DNA of 64,000 nt from Candidatus Sumerlaeaceae bacterium (lineage in GTDB: Bacteria > Sumerlaeota > Sumerlaeia > Sumerlaeales > Sumerlaeaceae). Both the position numbers and the translations under genes were made by a program. The stretch covers positions 153,772 through 217,771 of the forward strand of contig JBMFRB010000002.1 of the NCBI GenBank assembly GCA_049968255.1. The letters are read 5' to 3'. Shown piece after piece: positions 37,992 through 47,856 of this stretch (position 1 is the first letter of the stretch; each line of letters begins with the position of its first letter). A model generated the notes under the pieces. It saw only the letters and a program-made list of their open reading frames with translations, did no database searches and had not been told where the DNA came from.

Positions 37992-40091
37992 CTAGCGCAC
38001 CAAATCCTCGCCAGTAATTCTCTCTGCGATGGCCTTTGGAACCTTGTCGTAGTGAGAGAACTGCATCGTATAGGTGGCACGCCCTTGAGTTCGGCTACGA
38101 AGGTCGGTGGCGTAGCCGAACATTTCGCTCAGCGGAACGTTGGCTCGGACTACTTGAGAGTTGCCGCGTCGCATGGTCTCTTCGATTTTACCGCGGCGCG
38201 AGGTCAAGTCGCCAAGTACATCCCCGAAGAATTCCTCCGGCGTCACAACCTCCACGAGCATGATTGGTTCAAGGAGTTCTGGAGCGCATTTGCGGGCTCC
38301 TTCTTTGAAGGCAATACTTCCTGCAAATTCGAATGCAAGTTCGCTTGAATCCACGGGATGGAATGACCCGTCGTGGAGGGTAACCCTAATGTCGACCATG
38401 GGGTAACCAGCCAGCACACCGGTTTTCATCGCATTCACTACACCCTTTTCAACGGCGGGGATATATTCTTTGGGTATGATACCCCCTACGATTTCGTTGA
38501 CAAATTCGAAACCTGAGCCCGGCGGCATTGGTTCAATCCGCAAGACCACATGGCCGTACTGTCCCTTTCCACCGCTCTGGCGGATGTATTTGCCTTCGGC
38601 GCGGTCTATGGATTTTGTAATGGTCTCTCGGTAAGCCACCTGCGGTTTGCCGACGTTAGCCTCCACGTTGAACTCGCGACGTAAGCGATCGACGATGATT
38701 TCAAGATGGAGCTCTCCCATCCCACTGAGGATTGTTTGATTTGTCTCCTCGTCCATGCGCACGCGGAATGTGGGGTCTTCTTCCTGGAGGCGGGCGAGGG
38801 CCGAGCTCAGCTTGTCCTGATCTGCTTTGGTTTTTGGCTCCACAGCGATGTGGATAACGGGTTCGGGGAACGTCATCGGCTCGAGAAGGATCGGATGGTC
38901 GGGATCGGCAAGCGTGTCACCCGTTTGTGTGAATTTCAATCCCACTGCGGCAGCGATATCGCCAGTGCGTACCTCGTCAAGGGGTTCGCGATCATTTGCG
39001 TGCATGAGCAAAATGCGTCCGATGCGTTCGGTTTTGTCCTTGGTGCAGTTGAGCACATACGATCCGCTTTTCATGACACCGCTATAGACGCGGAAGTAAG
39101 TGAGTTTGCCAACATGGGGGTCACTCATGATTTTGAAGGCCAAGGCGGCGAAAGGCTGATTGTCGTCGGGCAAACGCTCTTCGATTTCGCCCGTCTCAGG
39201 ATTCTCGCCTTTCACGGGCGGGAGATCGAGCGGGGAGGGCAAGTAATCAACAATAGCGTCGAGCAAGGGTTGAACGCCCTTGTTTTTGAAGGAGGAACCA
39301 CAGAGCACCGGGGTGATTTTTGCAGCAAGCACACTTCTGCGGAGGAGAGGTTTCAATTCTTCGGCAGAGAAGTCGTGATTATTTGCCATCAGATATGTGT
39401 CCATGAAGTTTTCGTCATACTCTGCAATGGCCTCTAGCATTTTGCCGTGCCATTCGGTAGCCTGTTCGCGGTACTCTTCTGGAATCTCTGTGACCTCAAA
39501 CTGGCGACCCATTGACGGGTCTTCGCCAAGTGGCCACAGGTAGGCACACATGGTGACAAGGTCAACGACACCGCGGAAGTTCTCTTCCTCTCCGATGGGA
39601 ATCTGTATGGGGACGGGGTGACATGCCAGGCGCTCCTTCATCATGTTCACCGTGCCGAAAAAATTAGCGCCTACTCGGTCCATTTTATTGATGAAAGCCA
39701 GACGCGGCACGCCGTATTTGTCCGCCTGACGCCAAACGGTCTCACTTTGGGGTTCTACGCCCCCTACTGCACAAAACAACGCGATTGCTCCGTCGAGAAC
39801 GCGGATTGAGCGTTCGACCTCGACTGTGAAGTCCACGTGTCCGGGTGTATCTATGATGTTGATTCGATGATTTTTCCACGTGCACTGAGTGGCAGCTGAA
39901 GTGATTGTGATACCGCGTTCTTTCTCCTGTTCCATCCAATCCATTTCGGCAGCGCCTTCGTGCACCTCGCCGATTTTGTAGGTGCGCCCAGTGTAAAAGA
40001 GGATGCGTTCGGTGGTCGTGGTTTTGCCTGCATCGATATGGGCCATAATGCCGATATTTCGCATTCGGCTCAGTGGTGTAGTTCTTGGCAC
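37992..40091 (-). CDS. fusA: Translation elongation factor G
   Basis: 699 aa. G-domain motifs ([27 protein letters not shown]) and EF-G domains II-V. GTG start ([15 protein letters not shown]). Confidence 0.9.
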   Translation of the reverse strand: MPRTTPLSRMRNIGIMAHIDAGKTTTTERILFYTGRTYKIGEVHEGAAEMDWMEQEKERGITITSAATQCTWKNHRINIIDTPGHVDFTVEVERSIRVLDGAIALFCAVGGVEPQSETVWRQADKYGVPRLAFINKMDRVGANFFGTVNMMKERLACHPVPIQIPIGEEENFRGVVDLVTMCAYLWPLGEDPSMGRQFEVTEIPEEYREQATEWHGKMLEAIAEYDENFMDTYLMANNHDFSAEELKPLLRRSVLAAKITPVLCGSSFKNKGVQPLLDAIVDYLPSPLDLPPVKGENPETGEIEERLPDDNQPFAALAFKIMSDPHVGKLTYFRVYSGVMKSGSYVLNCTKDKTERIGRILLMHANDREPLDEVRTGDIAAAVGLKFTQTGDTLADPDHPILLEPMTFPEPVIHIAVEPKTKADQDKLSSALARLQEEDPTFRVRMDEETNQTILSGMGELHLEIIVDRLRREFNVEANVGKPQVAYRETITKSIDRAEGKYIRQSGGKGQYGHVVLRIEPMPPGSGFEFVNEIVGGIIPKEYIPAVEKGVVNAMKTGVLAGYPMVDIRVTLHDGSFHPVDSSELAFEFAGSIAFKEGARKCAPELLEPIMLVEVVTPEEFFGDVLGDLTSRRGKIEETMRRGNSQVVRANVPLSEMFGYATDLRSRTQGRATYTMQFSHYDKVPKAIAERITGEDLVR

Positions 40092-40273
40092 AGCAGTAGC
40101 TTCCCTTCGATACGTATTTGGGTAATCAGAGCGAGAGAAACAGAACTCTCGGTTGAATGCTCGGTTCTAAGATCCGCTTTTTGTACAAGAGCACGGTGAG
40201 CTTATTTTATGACCAGGATGTGACATACTTTGCGGCAAAGACCTCTGCGCAAAAAGTAGCTTGTCGCTTTACT

Positions 40274-42283
40274 CTAATCTGTTGTACGGCCGAGGCGTCG
40301 CGTAATTTTGCCCAGTATGCTTTGGAATTCGGGAATATGTAACGTCACCGATGCTGCGCTATAAGTCAAAAGGCCAACAATGGTTCCCAGCATGAGCCGG
40401 ATGAGTTCCTCAAGTTGCAGGGTCGCCAGCCAGGTGCGTCGTAAGGCCTCTGCACTTATCTCGAATCGCGCTGTAAGCTGGTCAACAGGTGCGTGGATAA
40501 CAGCGACAAGGTAAGCGGGTTCTTCCAAGGCAGTGGGGGCTGGGTGGCCGTGTTTGTGAATTCTCACCAGGAGTTCTCCGCGGCGTCTGTCAGAATCGAG
40601 CACAACTCGAGAGAGGGCTAGTGATGCTGTTGTGCTTCCACGTGGAGCAAAAACCACGGCGACACGAGCTTTGCGGAAATCGATCGGGGGGGGCGGTGTG
40701 TCGTCGCGAGCGATCAATTTCCAGAATGCGCTCAGCTCCTCGGACGTGTGAAGGGTGAGGACCGCGCCGCCGTCGTAGCGTGCGCTTACATGGCCCGGAA
40801 ATCGCTCGCCACTCTCGATGACAATGGCAGGGGAGACGTGCAACTTGCTAGCACCAGAGACGGCCAAAGCCATGATGCCTGCGGCAGCAATCATTTTCCA
40901 CACAGACCATAAGCCGCCAAGATCACCAGCGACCGCAAAACGGCGATCGAGGATGAGGTAGGAGAGAAGCGTTGTGATCACATAGGTCACTGCGGCAGCG
41001 ATCGGGACGCAAAGTATGCTTAGAGACTTATAAAGCCCTACCATGAGAACGACCGAAAGCGCCACACCAAGAATGTTGATCCACATGGGAGTCCAAGTGT
41101 CTTGCTGCGCATAAAAGCCGCGGCTGGCGAGGATGACCAGCGAATAGGGAACAATAGACAGCGCATATACGGCCAGAAAACGGGCTGTGAATTGCGTGTT
41201 GGCGTAAGTGAACTGACCTCTTTCAAAAAGTACCCGAACAATTGGTACTGCCAGCGTCGAAAGCAGAACGACAACGGGGAGCAAGATAAAAATCGTCCAT
41301 CGCGTCCCCATAACGACGGTAGCCAAGAATTCGCGCTTTGCAGCCTTTGCGGCGTGTTCGGCTAGGACGGGGTAGAGCACCGTGGCGATCGAAACAGCGA
41401 TGATGCCGTAAGGCATCATGATGAGCTGGAAGCAGAATGTGTAAGTTGTGAAGCCGCTTCCCACCGTGTAAAGGATATTGGATCGAACAATCGTTCCGAT
41501 GAGATTTGCGAGGCCGACGCCAAGCACCGGTAACCCTAACGTGAATATTGAACTAAGTAGGGGATCGCGAAGGCTTAGTTGGGGGCGCGCAGGCCATCCG
41601 AGCGAGAGTAGCCACGGAATTTGGCAAAACGCCATCGCAGCGATGCCCAACGTAGTTCCCACAGCAAGGCCAGTAATTCCGACAAGCCCAAGCCAATACA
41701 ACAAGAGCGTCACGATGACGACAACGTTGTTGAGAATCGGTGCCGCAGCGGTGATCGCAAAAACACCCCGCGAATTGAGAATGGCCATGAACACCGCATT
41801 GAGGCCGTAAAAGAACATTTGCGGTGCGAAGAACCGAAAGAAATACGTTGCAAGCTCTCTACTCTGCTCGGCGTGGACGCCTTTGCCGAAACGTGTCAGG
41901 AGACCAACGATCGTCGGAGAAAAAAGCACCGCCAACGCTGAGACAGCAGCAAGAACTAATCCGACATAGCCGAGCAGCAGATTTGCAACTCTCCAGGCTT
42001 GCGCCGAATCCTTGCCGTAGCGCTGTTGCGTTTCCACAAGCAGTGGAATAAGAATCGCGCTCAGCATGCCGCCAATGACAAATTCGTAAACAATGTTGGG
42101 AATCGTGTTGGCCAATTGATAGGCGTCATCAAAACGACCGCTTCCTAAAACAGCGGCGAACACGGAGACGCGCAGCAGACCAGTAATTCGGCTGAGCAGA
42201 GTCAGAAGCGAAAATGCTAGGGTGTTTTTGGCCAGTTGACTCACGGCGTTTGTCAAGTCGGTCCTGCGCGAGCGCAACGTCAA
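40274..42283 (-). CDS. murJ: Lipid II flippase MurJ (MviN family) with about 170-aa C-terminal cytoplasmic extension
   Basis: N-terminal MurJ signature (LLTLLSRITGLLRVSVFAAVLGSGRFDDAYQLANTIPNIVYEFVIGGMLSAILIPL) and 14 TM-type hydrophobic segments over about 500 aa. The last 170 aa or so are hydrophilic and of unknown family. TTG start per ORF track. Confidence 0.8.
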   Translation of the reverse strand: MTLRSRRTDLTNAVSQLAKNTLAFSLLTLLSRITGLLRVSVFAAVLGSGRFDDAYQLANTIPNIVYEFVIGGMLSAILIPLLVETQQRYGKDSAQAWRVANLLLGYVGLVLAAVSALAVLFSPTIVGLLTRFGKGVHAEQSRELATYFFRFFAPQMFFYGLNAVFMAILNSRGVFAITAAAPILNNVVVIVTLLLYWLGLVGITGLAVGTTLGIAAMAFCQIPWLLSLGWPARPQLSLRDPLLSSIFTLGLPVLGVGLANLIGTIVRSNILYTVGSGFTTYTFCFQLIMMPYGIIAVSIATVLYPVLAEHAAKAAKREFLATVVMGTRWTIFILLPVVVLLSTLAVPIVRVLFERGQFTYANTQFTARFLAVYALSIVPYSLVILASRGFYAQQDTWTPMWINILGVALSVVLMVGLYKSLSILCVPIAAAVTYVITTLLSYLILDRRFAVAGDLGGLWSVWKMIAAAGIMALAVSGASKLHVSPAIVIESGERFPGHVSARYDGGAVLTLHTSEELSAFWKLIARDDTPPPPIDFRKARVAVVFAPRGSTTASLALSRVVLDSDRRRGELLVRIHKHGHPAPTALEEPAYLVAVIHAPVDQLTARFEISAEALRRTWLATLQLEELIRLMLGTIVGLLTYSAASVTLHIPEFQSILGKITRRLGRTTD

Positions 42284-42406
42284 ACGTTTTCCATTCCTGT
42301 TCGACTAATTCCTAAGGGGGTGAGCGGAAAAACTGCGGAATTCGTTGCGTAAGAAGAGAGCCTTTTTGGTAAAGTTTTTTGCAGCGAGCTTTTTTCTGAC
42401 AAAATC

Positions 42407-43651
42407 ATGAGAGGGAAGGCGATCGTGGGAAGCCGCGAGATTCGGATGCCCAAACTCAGTGAGTCTATGACTGAGGGCAAAGTCCTCCACTGGGGGGTCA
42501 AGAAAGGGGATTTTGTTTCGCCGGGCGACGTTCTAGGCGAGGTTGAGACCGATAAAGCAAACATGGAAATCGAGGCGACGGAGCCTGGCTACATAGAAGA
42601 GATTCTTGTGCCGGTCGGAAGCGTTGTCCCTGTCGGCACGCCGCTTCTTCGCTATGCGGATAAGTTGGAGGATCTTCCGGCAGCAAGTTGCACTGAAGTT
42701 GTGCAGCTCACAGAGGATGGTGGGTCCCAACAGATCGGCAGTTGTGGTATCTCTGGAGCAGAGAGGGGAGTGACTCCGTTCGGCACCAACAATGTCTCTC
42801 CCGTCGCGGAAGAACTGGCTCGCGAGCTTGGGGTAGACCTGGCCAGCGTCAGCGGTAGCGGCCCACAGGGGCGCATCATGAAGAATGACGTGCTTCGTGC
42901 AGCGCAGCTTCACCATAATGGCAGCCACGCTTTGCTTGGCTCTGCCCAACCTCAAGCATCAATCAGTTTGCAGGAGCTTGTTGGCGACGAGCCAGCGGAA
43001 GCACTCCAATCGCCGCGACAACAGAGCAATGACCTGTCCGTGCCGCCTGCTCGTCTAGAATCTATAACTTTCTCCGGGCGGCTGCCGTTGACGCAACTGC
43101 GGGCACCCTTAGTGACAATCGTCGAGCAGATGAAGTTAACACCTCGCCTGACGTGGAGAGACCTCATTCCAGTCCTTGTTGGGCGTGCTTATGCCCTAGC
43201 TCTCCATTGTCAGGCGATTAGCGCACCAGAGAGTTTTGCGGGGGATGCTATCGCCGGATCAGTTGCAGTGAGCGTAGGAACACCGAACCGCCGCCTCTAT
43301 CCGTTGCTTCATTCAGTAGCTTCTGTTTCTCTTGCAACGCTTATTCGCGAATTTGCCGAATTGCGCGAACGTGCGTTGGCCGGACTCTTGCGGAGTGAGG
43401 AATGCCGCGGTGCACAACTTGTGGTCGAATTCCTTGGCCAGGTTGGAGGGGAACTTGCAAGCACGCAACTAGCAGAAGGATCATCGCCTTTGGTTTGCAT
43501 CGCGATGTCGTCATCCGGCCAACTTAGATTATCACTCGCGGTGAGAACGCCGCTTTACCAACTCGCGGCATGGAGTAAAGTGCATACCATGGCTGCTGCA
43601 GCGCTTCGCCACCCACTTCTTTTGGCGGATATCTTTGAACCCTGTGAATGA
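42407..43651 (+). CDS. E2-like lipoyl-domain protein (lipoyl domain + E3-binding domain + degenerate acyltransferase domain)
   Basis: Lipoyl domain with the lipoyl-lysine motif (EVETDKANMEIEA). Peripheral-subunit-binding domain (VSPVAEELARELGVDLASVSGSGPQGRIMKNDVL). The C-terminal region aligns with the 2-oxoacid dehydrogenase E2 catalytic domain, but the DHRxxDG motif reads LSLAVRTPLYQ, so the catalytic His and Asp are absent. Confidence 0.7.
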   Translation: MRGKAIVGSREIRMPKLSESMTEGKVLHWGVKKGDFVSPGDVLGEVETDKANMEIEATEPGYIEEILVPVGSVVPVGTPLLRYADKLEDLPAASCTEVVQLTEDGGSQQIGSCGISGAERGVTPFGTNNVSPVAEELARELGVDLASVSGSGPQGRIMKNDVLRAAQLHHNGSHALLGSAQPQASISLQELVGDEPAEALQSPRQQSNDLSVPPARLESITFSGRLPLTQLRAPLVTIVEQMKLTPRLTWRDLIPVLVGRAYALALHCQAISAPESFAGDAIAGSVAVSVGTPNRRLYPLLHSVASVSLATLIREFAELRERALAGLLRSEECRGAQLVVEFLGQVGGELASTQLAEGSSPLVCIAMSSSGQLRLSLAVRTPLYQLAAWSKVHTMAAAALRHPLLLADIFEPCE

Positions 43652-43658
43652 AGGCCAA

Positions 43659-44429
43659 ATGAAAACATCGCCCCATTCGAATCTTACATATGTTTTCTCG
43701 GCTGCAAGCCGCGCAGTCGGAAAGACGATTTTTTCAGATGCCAACGCAAGTGCGAGGTGGTTGGGACGCGTCGCTTACCTTCACGGGCTGGCGATCATGG
43801 AATCGCTGCTTTGTGAAAAGATGGCTAGCTTGCAAAAGGATTGGTTTCTCTATCTCGAACATGAACCAGTGATAACTTACGGCCGTACGACGCCGGCGCA
43901 TCATTTGCCCCCAACCGAGGCAAATATTCCTCGCCTCGAAGTGTCACGTGGTGGCCTTGCGACCTACCACGGGCCAGGGCAACTTGTGGGGTATGTGATT
44001 TGCGATCTGCGGCGCCGAGCGCGTGGCGCTCCGCCGGACCTTCATGAATTTCTGCGCGCCTTGGAAGAAGGAATAGCGGCCTATCTCACCGAAGAGTGGC
44101 ATTTATTCGCCGGTTCATTAGAGGGTAGGACAGGAGTCTGGATAACGAATGCCACACCGCCAAGGAAGATCGTTTCTATTGGTATTGGCGTGAGACGGTG
44201 GATTACTTATCACGGGTTCGCTATCAATGTTTTCAACGACCTGCAGATTTTCTCCCAATTCGTTCCTTGTGGGCTGGAAGGAGTGACGATGACCTCTCTT
44301 GCTGCTGAATTGCAGGTTAAGCCAGATACCAAAAAAACGCTGGATCTGAAAGCTGTCGCGACAGCTTTGCACCCATATGTCATCTCGTCTTTGCGCTTGC
44401 ATGGTTGGTGCTGGGCAGAGGTCGTGTGA
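43659..44429 (+). CDS. lipB: Octanoyltransferase (lipoyl(octanoyl) transferase)
   Basis: RGGLATYHGPGQLVGY and VPCG (catalytic Cys) motifs. ATG at 43659 lies 8 nt after the E2-like stop; the ORF-track start at 43635 is TTG. Confidence 0.85.
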   Translation: MKTSPHSNLTYVFSAASRAVGKTIFSDANASARWLGRVAYLHGLAIMESLLCEKMASLQKDWFLYLEHEPVITYGRTTPAHHLPPTEANIPRLEVSRGGLATYHGPGQLVGYVICDLRRRARGAPPDLHEFLRALEEGIAAYLTEEWHLFAGSLEGRTGVWITNATPPRKIVSIGIGVRRWITYHGFAINVFNDLQIFSQFVPCGLEGVTMTSLAAELQVKPDTKKTLDLKAVATALHPYVISSLRLHGWCWAEVV

Positions 44430-45313
44430 TGAGCACCGAAACCTCAGTATCGCGTCGCCATCCGCAATGGATTCGCGCAAAAATGCCCGGAATGGGCGAG
44501 TTTGCTTACACACAGAAGGTGCTGCGCGATTCAAATCTTCACACGGTCTGTGAAGAGGCGCAATGCCCCAACCGCAGCGAATGCTATGCACATCGCACGG
44601 CCACGTTTATGATTCTCGGAAACGTGTGCACGCGGCGTTGTGCTTTCTGTGCAGTCCCGCAAGCCATCCCGCCTGCTCCTCCAGACCCGGAAGAGCCAGC
44701 TCGCCTGGCTGAAGCTGTGACTCGACTGAATTTGCAGCATGTGGTGATTACGAGTGTGGACAGGGACGATCTTCCGGATCAGGGCGCAGAGCACTATGTG
44801 CGTTGTGTGGAAGCGGTTGCAGAACGACAACCGTCCGCGCGGATCGAGCTTCTCATACCGGATTTTCGAGGCGACGGGAACGCCCTTCACATTGTGTTGA
44901 AAGCTCCCATCCATGTTCTGGGGCACAATATCGAAACAGTTCCTCGCCTCTATCCCGTTGCGCGGCGTGGGGCACGTTATGCGCGGTCGATCCTCCTGCT
45001 CAAGCGAGCGAAAGACATGCGTCCAGATGTGTTGACAAAAACCGGCCTCATGTTAGGGCTTGGCGAAGACGAAGATGAAGTCGAGCTTGTGCTGGCTGAC
45101 CTGCGAGATGCTGACGTGGACATCGTCACGCTGGGGCAATATCTGCAACCAACGCCCCTACAGCTGCCCGTAAGCCGCTATCTGTCGCCAAAAGAGTTTG
45201 AATATTGGCGTGAGAAGGCGCTGCACATGGGATTTCGATGGGTGGAAGCCGGTCCGCTCGTTCGTAGCTCCTACCATGCGTGGGCGCACGTTGAGCACGC
45301 TCAGGTAGGATGA
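44429..45313 (+). CDS. lipA: Lipoyl synthase
   Basis: Both cluster motifs are present (CEEAQCPNRSEC and CTRRCAFCAV). ATG at 44429 overlaps the lipB stop (TGATG). Confidence 0.9.
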   Translation: MSTETSVSRRHPQWIRAKMPGMGEFAYTQKVLRDSNLHTVCEEAQCPNRSECYAHRTATFMILGNVCTRRCAFCAVPQAIPPAPPDPEEPARLAEAVTRLNLQHVVITSVDRDDLPDQGAEHYVRCVEAVAERQPSARIELLIPDFRGDGNALHIVLKAPIHVLGHNIETVPRLYPVARRGARYARSILLLKRAKDMRPDVLTKTGLMLGLGEDEDEVELVLADLRDADVDIVTLGQYLQPTPLQLPVSRYLSPKEFEYWREKALHMGFRWVEAGPLVRSSYHAWAHVEHAQVG

Positions 45314-45445
45314 GTGCACACGAATGAAGATCCGAAAGCTTGTCGCGAACTGCTGTAGGCGTTGCTTTCGAGGTGTCAGCTGCACCGGCAAGGATATGCG
45401 CGAAACCTTGATCTAGGGCCAAAGAGAACGCACTGAGGATTTGCC

Positions 45446-47335
45446 ATGGTGCTTATCAAAGACCTTCTCTGGTTCGCAGTGCTTGTCCCAAGCATTTTCC
45501 TGCTTGGGCATCTGTTGGTGCGCCGACGACTTGCCCGCTTTGTCGGTTCCACAACCTATCTTTGGCTAGCCACGTCAGCAGGCCTTCTTGCCACAAGCCT
45601 TTTCGTGTTTGCCCTTGGAATTCCGCACGTGTTTACGTCCCGAATCCTGTTTGTGGCGTTAGTGTGCCTCTGGATCGGAGCCACTTTACACGTCGAATTG
45701 AGGACAGCCGTTTTTGGTGAAATGCGCGAAAGTGTAAGGGCACTCAGCCAATTCCTGCAGGTCACCTGGCGGGAGTCCTGGTTTCTTACGACGATTCTCT
45801 TGGGCATTGTCGGTGCAGCGTTCCTTGGTTGCGGAACACCCGAAGTCCGCGGTGATCCAATTATCTATCATCTTACGGAAGCATGGCTTTATGTGCTTCA
45901 TCGCGGGCACGTCGAAATCCCTTCATCTGCTCTCACGTATATTCCACAGAATCAGCAGTTGCTCTATGCTCTTGCATTGTCTGTCGGTTCCGACAGTCTG
46001 GCCAAGCTGTTTCACTGGATGCAGGGTGTGTTGCTTTTGGGTGGGACCGTCGCACTGGCGCGACGTGTTGGTGTATCGCGCCCCGGTAGCATCGCAGCTG
46101 CTACGTTATTGGTGGCTTGCCCCACGTGGTTTTACCTTGCGACGACGACTTACGTTGATCTGGCAGTAGCCAACTATCTGCTCTGCTGTGTCTATCTCTT
46201 GCTAGCTACACGGAACGTCCAGGAGAGCACAGGCTCAATGCTCAGCGTTGCGGGCGCTTTTGTAGGAGGCGCACTGGGTTGCAAGTATACAGCGGGTCTC
46301 GTCGGTTTTCTCCCGGCGTTAGTTGCATGGCTCTTTTTCTCGCATCGCACATTGCGCCTTGTATGGAACAAAGTTCTGCGCGGAGCCATCGTGTTCACGG
46401 CGGCTTGCTTAGTGATTTTTTCGCCATGGCTCGTGCGCAACTGGTGGTGGACCGGCAATCCTGTCGCCCCTAGTTTTATGCGATGGCTCGGTCCAAAGGG
46501 CGTACCTGAGCGCACGTTATCCTGGCCGGATATTCTTGCGGTTCCCGCTGAGCCAACACACTCGCCACTGCTTTTGCTGCGTGCTTACGTTGTGATGTTC
46601 TTATCTCTGGGGAAGTTCGGAAATTTACTTCCGTCGCTTGCTCTTGTTCTCGGAGTAGTGGGAACTCTCATTTCCGCAGCGCGGCTGCGCTTTTGGACTT
46701 TAGAAGTGCGTTTCCTACTCCTCTTCCTGACACTCGCATTTCTCCTGGGAGTGCCCACAGCCACACTTCGCCAGGATTCCCGGTACATCATGGCTCATGT
46801 CGCAATCCTGGCGGTCCTCATTGTGTTCTGGTACGAACAGCTTGCCATCGCCGCGGCTCCGCACCCCCACCTTCTGAAACGTGTGGCTGCGTTAGTTGTC
46901 ATTCTGTTGATTGTGAGTGGAATCGTTCAGACCTATTTTCGTTTCCAGGATCTTAACGAAACCATTGTGCCCATAGTTGACGAAAGCGCACGCGATGATT
47001 ATTGTGCAAAAAGATTACCAAATTATTTAGCTAATAAACGGCTGACCCAATACTGTGGACGTCTAAATGGTCTCGTACTCGGCGCTGCTTATCCCGCCTC
47101 CGTCCCGTATGTGCTAGGTGTGGCGTCGCTCCGTCCGGAACTGGTTGAGCAGGACGTCAGTGCATTAGAAATCCGGCACCTTCCTGGTTTGTGGCGCGCA
47201 GGGGTGAGGTACCTCTTTGGGGTGGTTCGCCCAGAGTTAGTTCCATTTCTGGAACGTATCGGTGAAAGCGAGGGTGTTACGCTTTGGAAAATTACGCGGA
47301 TACCAGAAAACTCTCAGGCAGGAGGGCGTACATAA
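45446..47335 (+). CDS. Large polytopic membrane protein, possible GT-C-type glycosyltransferase
   Basis: 629 aa with about 12 or more hydrophobic helices, periplasmic-loop motifs and a C-terminal soluble domain. No specific family recognised by eye. Confidence 0.5.
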   Translation: MVLIKDLLWFAVLVPSIFLLGHLLVRRRLARFVGSTTYLWLATSAGLLATSLFVFALGIPHVFTSRILFVALVCLWIGATLHVELRTAVFGEMRESVRALSQFLQVTWRESWFLTTILLGIVGAAFLGCGTPEVRGDPIIYHLTEAWLYVLHRGHVEIPSSALTYIPQNQQLLYALALSVGSDSLAKLFHWMQGVLLLGGTVALARRVGVSRPGSIAAATLLVACPTWFYLATTTYVDLAVANYLLCCVYLLLATRNVQESTGSMLSVAGAFVGGALGCKYTAGLVGFLPALVAWLFFSHRTLRLVWNKVLRGAIVFTAACLVIFSPWLVRNWWWTGNPVAPSFMRWLGPKGVPERTLSWPDILAVPAEPTHSPLLLLRAYVVMFLSLGKFGNLLPSLALVLGVVGTLISAARLRFWTLEVRFLLLFLTLAFLLGVPTATLRQDSRYIMAHVAILAVLIVFWYEQLAIAAAPHPHLLKRVAALVVILLIVSGIVQTYFRFQDLNETIVPIVDESARDDYCAKRLPNYLANKRLTQYCGRLNGLVLGAAYPASVPYVLGVASLRPELVEQDVSALEIRHLPGLWRAGVRYLFGVVRPELVPFLERIGESEGVTLWKITRIPENSQAGGRT

Positions 47336-47805
47336 AAATCGCGTTTGCCGTGAAGCTTTGTAATCTTATCGAGGACGCCGTTGATAAAACCGGGAGTTTC
47401 TTCATCGCAGTATTTCTTAGAGATTTCGATGTATTCGTTTATGGTCACGCGCGGCGGGATATTGGGAAAAGACGCTATCTCAGCTGCCCCCAGCAATAAG
47501 AGCGCATGTTCCACTTTCCCGATTCGCTCAAGTTTCCAGTGTTCCAAAACTTGTTGGAGCTCTGCCTCGAGTTGTGGCTTTTTCTGCTCAACGGTCCTGA
47601 TCAACTCTTTAGCAAAAGGGGGAAAACTCCGCCAACCCTGTGCCATCTCTGAGACCAGTAGCTCGATTTCCGCAAAGGGATATTTCGTGTGGATATGGGC
47701 AAAAACGACAATCATGGCTAAGCGCCGTGCGCGCCGGCGCTCTATTGTCCAGCGCCGCAACGCCTCACGTTTTGCTTCGTCTGAACCCGTGATTTCAAAC
47801 GACAT
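47314..47805 (-). CDS. nusB: Transcription antitermination factor NusB
   Basis: 163 aa. N-terminal Arg-rich motif (RRRARRLAMIVVFAHIH) and C-terminal FINGVLDKI motif. Confidence 0.75.
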   Translation of the reverse strand: MSFEITGSDEAKREALRRWTIERRRARRLAMIVVFAHIHTKYPFAEIELLVSEMAQGWRSFPPFAKELIRTVEQKKPQLEAELQQVLEHWKLERIGKVEHALLLLGAAEIASFPNIPPRVTINEYIEISKKYCDEETPGFINGVLDKITKLHGKRDFYVRPPA

Positions 47806-47856
47806 ACGGTGACTGGTATTTGGAAGATACAGTTTCTATTCGGTGCCTTCGGGGAG

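Noticed and set aside
38706-39437. 243-aa plus ORF antisense to fusA, and similar long antisense ORFs at 59715-60749 (versus XPB), 36897-37511 (versus accC), 31438-31995 and 31647-32123 (versus gpsA), and 18744-19286 (versus alr)
   Set aside because: Each lies opposite a gene with unambiguous family motifs. They are antisense-frame artefacts of high-GC coding sequence.
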